In this document: one piece after another, positions 40,917 to 47,304 of the stretch
Position numbering within the stretch: position 1 is the first letter of the stretch
Layout of the letters: each line of letters opens with the position of its first letter
Position numbers and translations under genes: made by a program
Origin: a virus
Length of the DNA: 64,000 bases
Virus record (IMG/VR): IMGVR_UViG_3300017917_002108
Location: 32,001-96,000 of that record
Strand: one strand, 5' to 3'
Notes under the pieces: generated by a model
Database searches by the model: none
Seen by the model: the letters and a program-made list of their open reading frames with translations, nothing else
What the model was told of the DNA's origin: nothing

Positions 40917-42354
40917 GAGAGACCTATTATCTAAATTAGACGCTATTGTTAGCGAAACAGAATTAAAAGACAAAGAAGATCTTGCTGCTAAACGCAAGGC
41001 CTTACAGGATTTAGAAAACGATCCTGTAGCTACGGAAGATCCGCAAATCAAACAGGCCATTGATCAACGAAAAAATGACCTAGAAAAAGAAGCCAAAATC
41101 AAGGGATTCTCTGAAAGTATTCAATTAGGAGATGAGTTTGGTATAAGTTTTAATGAAGATTTTGAGATAGGTTCATCCGTAGTAGGCTTTGTCAAAGATG
41201 GAATCGTTATAGAACTAGACCAATTCGCATTGGATCTATTAGAAGGACAGGGATTCGATTTCATTGATGGATATCTTAAAGAATCAGAAAAACAAAAAGG
41301 CGTAGACGGTAAAGCCTGCTGGAAAGGCTATAGACGCATGGGCACCAAAAAGAAAGGTGGCAAGACTGTAGACAACTGCGTCAAGGTCAGTGAAGGCTTT
41401 GGTTCTTTAGAAGATGAAGTTATGAAACTTCTAAAAAAGTTCGATGAAGATATGAATGAGATAGGCGGATATGGTGATCCTGATATCAAAGAAATCGTAC
41501 AACATTTAAAAAACGGTGATGCTGAATCAGCAGCTGAAGTAGTATGGTATGCCTACAGCGATCAAGATGGCGGTGAAATTAGAAACATGGAACCGTATGT
41601 CGATGATCTCCAAGCAGAATTTGAAGAACTTGCAGGCGGCGGAGATGAGGATAACGAACCTAGCGGATCATATGATAGTAGCGACGATGCTGATGCTCTG
41701 GCATCAGCAGGACACGGTTCAGACGAAGACTACGGCGATTATGGTTTTGAAGAAGATCATTCAGAAGACCCCAATTCTCCCGAAAACCATTCAGAATATG
41801 ACAACGAAGGCGATATGGCCAAAGACGATCTACGCACCATCAATGATGCTGCACAAGAATTGTATGGCATGCTAGACGTAGATGATAATTTACCGGAGTG
41901 GGTTCAAAGCAAAATCAACAAGGCAGCTGATTATATAGATACTGCCAGAGATTATATGAAATCAAACCATTATGCAGAGGGTAAATATCCTTTTGCAGGA
42001 AAGAAGGTTGGACAAAAAGAAGGGCCAGCAGGACAACTAAAAGGCCGAGACCCGGCAGGATATCCCAAAGGAAAACTTGTAGGTGGCAGTGAAAGTATTG
42101 AGCATGACCTCGACGAAGCAGACTATCAAGGAAGAAAAGTTCAATTAGGCAAGAAGATGTCCGGTGACGTCAAGAAATATAAAGTATATGTACGTAAACC
42201 AAACGGTAATATCGTTAAAGTAAACTTTGGCGATAAGAAAATGCGTATTAAGAAATCTAATCCTGCACGTAGACGCAGTTTCCGTGCAAGACATAACTGT
42301 GCTAATCCGGGACCAAGATGGAAGGCACGTTATTGGAGCTGCAGGAACTGGTAA
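40915..42354 (+). CDS. Modular acidic/basic putative internal head polyprotein
   Basis: MRDLLSKLDAIVSE N-terminus; discrete modules separated by xxE sites. Confidence 0.6.
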   Translation: MRDLLSKLDAIVSETELKDKEDLAAKRKALQDLENDPVATEDPQIKQAIDQRKNDLEKEAKIKGFSESIQLGDEFGISFNEDFEIGSSVVGFVKDGIVIELDQFALDLLEGQGFDFIDGYLKESEKQKGVDGKACWKGYRRMGTKKKGGKTVDNCVKVSEGFGSLEDEVMKLLKKFDEDMNEIGGYGDPDIKEIVQHLKNGDAESAAEVVWYAYSDQDGGEIRNMEPYVDDLQAEFEELAGGGDEDNEPSGSYDSSDDADALASAGHGSDEDYGDYGFEEDHSEDPNSPENHSEYDNEGDMAKDDLRTINDAAQELYGMLDVDDNLPEWVQSKINKAADYIDTARDYMKSNHYAEGKYPFAGKKVGQKEGPAGQLKGRDPAGYPKGKLVGGSESIEHDLDEADYQGRKVQLGKKMSGDVKKYKVYVRKPNGNIVKVNFGDKKMRIKKSNPARRRSFRARHNCANPGPRWKARYWSCRNW

Positions 42355-42355
42355 T

Positions 42356-42694
42356 ATGCTACTAAAAGAAATGTTTAGTCCTATAGGGGCTCCTAAATCT
42401 GAGGAAGACGATATCGACTGGTTAGGCGATTTAAAATTTTTCATCGACAACGACAACGAAATGTTGAATAGATATTTTTTTCCTGCTGTCGAAAGACATA
42501 AAAAACATATAGGAAATCCCCATGCCTATAAAATCTACATCAGACCTTTAGAAAGTTGCCTAGAACAATATTGCGAAAAATACGAAGTTGAAGAACCGGA
42601 AACTAAATTTCCCAAAGAAAAAATCATCGAACTAGCAAAAAAAATTGCAGGTCAACAAGATTCTTTCCTAAACAAAGGCGATTATAAAAAATGA
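42356..42694 (+). CDS. Putative internal head protein
   Basis: Start re-assigned to ATG 42356 (MLLKEMF...). Confidence 0.6.
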   Translation: MLLKEMFSPIGAPKSEEDDIDWLGDLKFFIDNDNEMLNRYFFPAVERHKKHIGNPHAYKIYIRPLESCLEQYCEKYEVEEPETKFPKEKIIELAKKIAGQQDSFLNKGDYKK

Positions 42695-43935
42695 AACTGT
42701 TACAGTTATTCGAGGCTGAGACCGGAGGAAAACACATTACTTTCTGTTTTGGAAGATTGAATCCTCCGACTATAGGTCACGAACAACTGCTCGACACCGC
42801 ATCGAAGGTCGGGGGTGACTATAAGATTTTTGTAAGCCAAAGCCAGGATGCGAAAAAAAATCCGTTAGACTATGCAACAAAAATTAAATTTATCAAGTCT
42901 ATGTTTCCTCAACATGCAGCGCATGTGGTCGAAGACACTAGTTTAAATACCATAGTAAAAATTGCATCGTATCTATATGATCTAGGTTATAGAGATGCTA
43001 CCTATGTAGCAGGTAGTGATCGATTAGAAGATATGAAAAAACTTCTAACCCAGTACAATGGTGTAGAAGGTAAGGCACACGGTTATTATAAATTTGAAGT
43101 TCTTGATTTTGTTTCAAGCGGTGAAAGAGAAGATGGTGCTGAAGGTGTTGCTGGTGTCAGTGCATCTGGTGCTAGAGCGGCAGCGGCCAATAATGATCTA
43201 GCAGCATTTCAAGAGGCCACAGGTGCTGGAGATTTGGCTAAACCTTTATTTGATGCGGTACGAAAAGGTATGAAGATAGGAGAAAATATTTCAGAAGCTC
43301 CTATAGAAATGGATCCTGCTGACCCAATGGATCCTATGATCCATAGTCATGATAAGGCCAATCCTGCAAAACTAAAGTATAGGATGTTAAGAGCGGCAGG
43401 ACAGATAAAAGATCTTGCCAGCAGAGTCGACAACGCAAGCCCTAGCGAATGGCAATTAATGACTCGTCAATTTGACGAACTAAAAATGAATGTTGAACAA
43501 ATCCGACATGCTCTAGAAGAATTAGCCAAAGTACGTAAGAAAGGCGGTGTTCGCAGTCGCGGTATAGACAAATTTATCGATAGCGTAGAAGAAGGTTGGA
43601 AAAGTAAAGTGGCCGGTGCTGCATTAGCAGCGGCTAATCTTATTGCTCCTTCTGCTCAAGCAGAGGAACCAGAGAAACCAATTACTATTGCCTATGTTAA
43701 AATTGACGGCGAAGTAAGGAAATATAATTTAGGTGATAGATTCGCCAATGCTAAAGAAGCAGAAGAATTTATCAGCGGAGTATTATCTAAACAAGGCTTA
43801 CAAGGATATCAATTAGATATAAGACACGGATATCCTAAAAAGAAAGAAGTCAAAGAAGGATACGGACGTTATTGGTGCTCAACAGATAAGAAATGGAAAA
43901 CTCGTAAGGGTCCTAAACAGAGTAGAAAATCATGA
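42691..43935 (+). CDS. HIGH-superfamily nucleotidyltransferase with appended modules
   Basis: FGRLNPPTIGH, KNPL, VAGSDR, SAS..R; MKLLQLFE N-terminus. Confidence 0.8.
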   Translation: MKLLQLFEAETGGKHITFCFGRLNPPTIGHEQLLDTASKVGGDYKIFVSQSQDAKKNPLDYATKIKFIKSMFPQHAAHVVEDTSLNTIVKIASYLYDLGYRDATYVAGSDRLEDMKKLLTQYNGVEGKAHGYYKFEVLDFVSSGEREDGAEGVAGVSASGARAAAANNDLAAFQEATGAGDLAKPLFDAVRKGMKIGENISEAPIEMDPADPMDPMIHSHDKANPAKLKYRMLRAAGQIKDLASRVDNASPSEWQLMTRQFDELKMNVEQIRHALEELAKVRKKGGVRSRGIDKFIDSVEEGWKSKVAGAALAAANLIAPSAQAEEPEKPITIAYVKIDGEVRKYNLGDRFANAKEAEEFISGVLSKQGLQGYQLDIRHGYPKKKEVKEGYGRYWCSTDKKWKTRKGPKQSRKS

Positions 43936-44729
43936 AAGCAAAAGAATTTATACCAGCAAGCAAGCCGCGTAATTTTGTAGCCAAGAATCAAAAAACTGCA
44001 GGTGCTGGCGCACACCGTGATAAAAAGAAAGAACAAAAGCAAGGCTACGAAAAACATAAAAAGCAAGGTGTGGCGGAAGGCTCAGAAGAGGATAGAGTTT
44101 TTTATGCTGTACAAGACCCTGACAAATCCTATCACATTTATTCAATAACAGGTAACATTACTGATTTAGATGAATTTCAAGGTAAGTTTGGTCGCAAGTT
44201 ATGGATAGAAGGTCCATTGTTTAATGTAGACAAGGCTCACCAAGCAGTTCATATGCATAAACAGAAGCAAGGTGTGGCGGAAGGCTCGGAAAATCTCGTA
44301 GCTGTCATCGATGGCGTGCGTAGCGATAGAACCTACAACGATAAAGACCATGCTCATAATTCACTAGGAAAGTTAGTAGCTTACGGCAAAGCCAAAGTAG
44401 CAGAATTATATATCGATGGCGAAAAAGTAGAACACTTTGAAATAGGTAAAAAATATTTAGATTTCGAACCAAAACAGTTAGAATCAAAGATGGCAGAAAG
44501 AATAAGAGATCCCGAAGACTGGGACGAAGGTAATACAGAACCACCGAATAATTTTGCTGTTTATATCAACGGTAAAAAATGGAAGGTATTTCAAGGCAAC
44601 GGATACTACGCTGACGACGAGCGTGAAATGCGTCAGTATTATAAACTACAAGATTGGGCTCGTAAAAAATCAGAAGCTACCGGTAAGAAGTGGGAAGTAT
44701 CACGCACCGGCGAACCGGCCACAGCATAA
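43932..44729 (+). CDS. Putative internal head polyprotein with two KQGVAEGS-delimited modules
   Basis: MKAKEF N-terminus; KQGVAEGSE twice. Confidence 0.65.
   Translation: MKAKEFIPASKPRNFVAKNQKTAGAGAHRDKKKEQKQGYEKHKKQGVAEGSEEDRVFYAVQDPDKSYHIYSITGNITDLDEFQGKFGRKLWIEGPLFNVDKAHQAVHMHKQKQGVAEGSENLVAVIDGVRSDRTYNDKDHAHNSLGKLVAYGKAKVAELYIDGEKVEHFEIGKKYLDFEPKQLESKMAERIRDPEDWDEGNTEPPNNFAVYINGKKWKVFQGNGYYADDEREMRQYYKLQDWARKKSEATGKKWEVSRTGEPATA
44061..44287 (+). repeat. Exact 23-bp direct repeat AAGCAAGGTGTGGCGGAAGGCTC (44061-44083 and 44265-44287)
   Basis: Read directly; 204-bp in-frame spacing. Confidence 0.95.
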
Positions 44730-44959
44730 TGGACGAATTAGCACAAATTAAACGTCTAGCCGGTATCAATGAATTTAAAGGCTATCAGCCTTATAATATC
44801 GAACAAGGTAGTAATATTAGTCTAACCGGAAATGAAAAAGGCGAACTAATGAAAAAACACGATATCAGACCAGGAACTCCGGAATGGTTTAAGTTATGGT
44901 TCAGCCTACCCTATCTAACCGGTGAGAAACCTATTGGGAACGATGAATGGTTACGATAA
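44729..44959 (+). CDS. Putative internal head protein
   Basis: [16 protein letters not shown]-terminus; TAATG overlap. Confidence 0.6.
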   Translation: MDELAQIKRLAGINEFKGYQPYNIEQGSNISLTGNEKGELMKKHDIRPGTPEWFKLWFSLPYLTGEKPIGNDEWLR

Positions 44960-45270
44960 GTCCTTCTGCCAAGATAAAAATCACAGATCTTCTAGACGAA
45001 GAAAACAATCCAGATCTAAAATTACGAACATTTGTTCAGGGCGGTGGATGTTCAGGATTTCAATACGGTTTTACTTTCGATAATGAGCAAAATGACGACG
45101 ATTTCGAAATTATATTAGGACGTTGGAAAATATTAGTAGATGCTATGAGCATGCAATATATGACTGGTGCAGAAATAGATTATGTCGAAGATCTGCAGGG
45201 CAGTCAATTTGTTATTAGAAATCCCAACGCACAGACTACCTGTGGCTGCGGCAGCAGTTTTTCAGTATGA
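44947..45270 (+). CDS. erpA: A-type Fe-S carrier ErpA
   Basis: [20 protein letters not shown]...[14 protein letters not shown]. Confidence 0.92.
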   Translation: MVTISPSAKIKITDLLDEENNPDLKLRTFVQGGGCSGFQYGFTFDNEQNDDDFEIILGRWKILVDAMSMQYMTGAEIDYVEDLQGSQFVIRNPNAQTTCGCGSSFSV

Positions 45271-45476
45271 GAATTAGAGAATTTATTTTAGATCTCAATG
45301 AAAATTTTGCTGACGGTCGTGTCAAAGGCAAAAGTCGTCCGGGTAGAGTAAAGCGTTCCGGTGCTAGCTGTAACGGGTCCGTAACTGATTTACGCAAACG
45401 TGCTAAAAATGCATCAGGAGAACGAGCTAAAATGTATCATTGGTGTGCTAATATGAAAAGCGGGCGCAATAAATAA
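45267..45476 (+). CDS. Small basic putative internal head protein
   Basis: [13 protein letters not shown]-terminus followed by a basic module. Confidence 0.6.
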   Translation: MRIREFILDLNENFADGRVKGKSRPGRVKRSGASCNGSVTDLRKRAKNASGERAKMYHWCANMKSGRNK

Positions 45477-45480
45477 TACT

Positions 45481-45669
45481 ATGAAAATACGCGAGTTATT
45501 AGAAACAGCCACAGCAGGAGCAACATCTGCGGGCAATGTTTCAGTTGGAGTTGTTTATCCTAATAAGCCCGGAAAACAGCCCAAAAAGAAAAAAGATGGT
45601 ACTGCGCCTAATGCTTTAGATTTACCAGGGGTAAATCTGCTATCTGGCGGTTCTATTGTCAAAAGATAA
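45481..45669 (+). CDS. Small putative internal head protein
   Basis: MKIRELLE N-terminus; ATAAATA 5 nt upstream. Confidence 0.6.
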   Translation: MKIRELLETATAGATSAGNVSVGVVYPNKPGKQPKKKKDGTAPNALDLPGVNLLSGGSIVKR

Positions 45670-45705
45670 ATACAATATGACTCTTTAAGATCAAGGATTT
45701 TTAAC

Positions 45706-46584
45706 ATGGACTTCAAATCATTAATTACTAAAATCAGCGAAATGGACGATAAAATCAATACCATCGCTGCTCCAGAATTACCAAAAGCGGTGCAACTCAA
45801 CGAAGATGCACAACTTCGTGTATTAGCTGGAACTTCAACTATCTTGGAAGAAGCCAAGAAAATGAAGAAAGATGAGAAAAAAGAAGAAAAGGTCGACGAA
45901 GGTCAAGAAGATCTTAAGAAAGTAGGTGATAAGGTCAAGACCCAACACGGTACAATGACTAAAACAGCCACTGGTGTCAAGCACGAACGTTCCTATGGTA
46001 AAGACAAGGACGACGAAGACGATGAGCCAAAATCCAAAAAGAAAGCAAAAAAAGAATCTCTTGATCCTGAACTATTCAAGTCTAAATTCTTAAAAATGGT
46101 TGAAGCTAAAAAATCAGATGCTGATAAGAAAAAAGCTGACAAAAAGAAAAAGATGGACGAAGCTGCTAAACCAGATTTCTTAGATCTAGACAAAGACGGT
46201 AACAAAAAAGAACCAATGAAGTCTGCTGCTAAAGGCAAAGACGGCGAAAAGAAGGACAGCGGCAAGAAAGGCATGAGTGCTGCACAGGAAAAATACTTCG
46301 GCAAGAAAAATGAAAGCAAAATGATGCCGAAAGGTAAAAAGCGTCCTGTCAAAGAAAGTATCGAACAAAAACTTTCTTTCCGTGACATGATGAAATTAGT
46401 AGTCGAAAGCGGTGGACAACAACAGATCGATCCGCTAGACAAAGAATTGTTTGCATGGGCCGAACGTGTTGCTAAGACCAAATTAGGTGAAAATATGAAA
46501 GCTGAAGTCTATGCAGGTATGGTCTACGAACGCATGGGCGGCAGGTTCGAAATGTACGATGTTCTAAGCGAAGATCAAAACTAA
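45706..46584 (+). CDS. Lys/Glu-rich putative head core/scaffold-like protein
   Basis: GATAAATA at 45665-45672; many LNE/LEE/VDE/KKE/VKE sites; LRVLAG motif. Confidence 0.6.
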   Translation: MDFKSLITKISEMDDKINTIAAPELPKAVQLNEDAQLRVLAGTSTILEEAKKMKKDEKKEEKVDEGQEDLKKVGDKVKTQHGTMTKTATGVKHERSYGKDKDDEDDEPKSKKKAKKESLDPELFKSKFLKMVEAKKSDADKKKADKKKKMDEAAKPDFLDLDKDGNKKEPMKSAAKGKDGEKKDSGKKGMSAAQEKYFGKKNESKMMPKGKKRPVKESIEQKLSFRDMMKLVVESGGQQQIDPLDKELFAWAERVAKTKLGENMKAEVYAGMVYERMGGRFEMYDVLSEDQN

Positions 46585-46602
46585 ATTTAACATTTGGTAA
46601 AC

Positions 46603-46633
46603 AAAAGCCAGTCATTAGTTGACTGGCTTTTTT
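46603..46633 (+). terminator. Intrinsic (bidirectional-looking) terminator
   Basis: AAAAGCCAGTCA-TTAGT-TGACTGGCTTTTTT. Confidence 0.85.
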
Positions 46634-46647
46634 ATTGACTATATAAT
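46619..46647 (+). promoter_or_regulatory. Sigma70-type promoter overlapping terminator
   Basis: TTGACT-17 nt-TATAAT. Confidence 0.75.
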
Positions 46648-46668
46648 AGTCCTATAAGGAGAGATTAT

Positions 46669-46935
46669 ATGGCAAAAATGTACGGTCCAGAAGAAAAGGC
46701 CAAACTAGAACGTTTGATCAATGAGGGCGGTAATGTTCTAAGAGAGATAGAAGATCTTCAAGAAGGTCTTAAAGAAACTGTCAAGGCTGTAGCAGAAGAA
46801 CTACAGGTTAAACCTAGTATCATTAACAAAGCTATCAAAATAGCACATAAAGATAATTGGAAATCTCATGAAGAAGAATGGGATGAAATTGAAATGATTC
46901 TCGGTGTAACTAAAAAATTGCCAGAGAAAGATTAA
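46669..46935 (+). CDS. Small dsDNA-binding protein (T4 DsbA/GapR-like)
   Basis: Helical pattern E..D..E..KE....VAEEL..KP..INKAIK; replication context. Confidence 0.55.
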   Translation: MAKMYGPEEKAKLERLINEGGNVLREIEDLQEGLKETVKAVAEELQVKPSIINKAIKIAHKDNWKSHEEEWDEIEMILGVTKKLPEKD

Positions 46936-47229
46936 ATGATCAATGATTTATTCAGACCAACTCTAGAATGGATTAAAGATGATTGGAACAGTAATCCTGG
47001 GAGGTTTATTGTTGAGCTTGTGGCTTGGGCTATTAGTATCGGTTGTAGCATCACTATGGCCCTTACAGTTCCCAATCCGCCTCTTTTGGTTCTTTATCCT
47101 ATCTGGATTAGCGGCTGTGCCATGTATGCTTGGGCTGCTTATACTAGGCAATCGTTTGGCATGTTGGCTAACTACATCTTGCTAACCACTATAGATAGTA
47201 TAGGGCTAGTAAGGATGATAATTAGTTAA
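46936..47229 (+). CDS. Small multi-pass membrane protein
   Basis: Three hydrophobic segments. Confidence 0.65.
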   Translation: MINDLFRPTLEWIKDDWNSNPGRFIVELVAWAISIGCSITMALTVPNPPLLVLYPIWISGCAMYAWAAYTRQSFGMLANYILLTTIDSIGLVRMIIS

Positions 47230-47275
47230 ATAAAGTTAGATGGTAGGCGAGGCCATAAACCGCATGTTAGGTATT

Positions 47276-47293
47276 TGCAAGCCCTAAATTGCA
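47276..47293 (+). promoter_or_regulatory. Candidate translational operator hairpin of DNA polymerase gene
   Basis: TGCAA-GCCCTAAA-TTGCA immediately 5' of GGAG SD. Confidence 0.45.
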
Positions 47294-47304
47294 TATGGAG
47301 ATAT

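Noticed and set aside
44061-44287. 23-bp repeat as a CRISPR mini-array
   Set aside because: Only two copies, a 181-bp in-frame coding spacer, and no cas genes; kept instead as a coding cassette junction.
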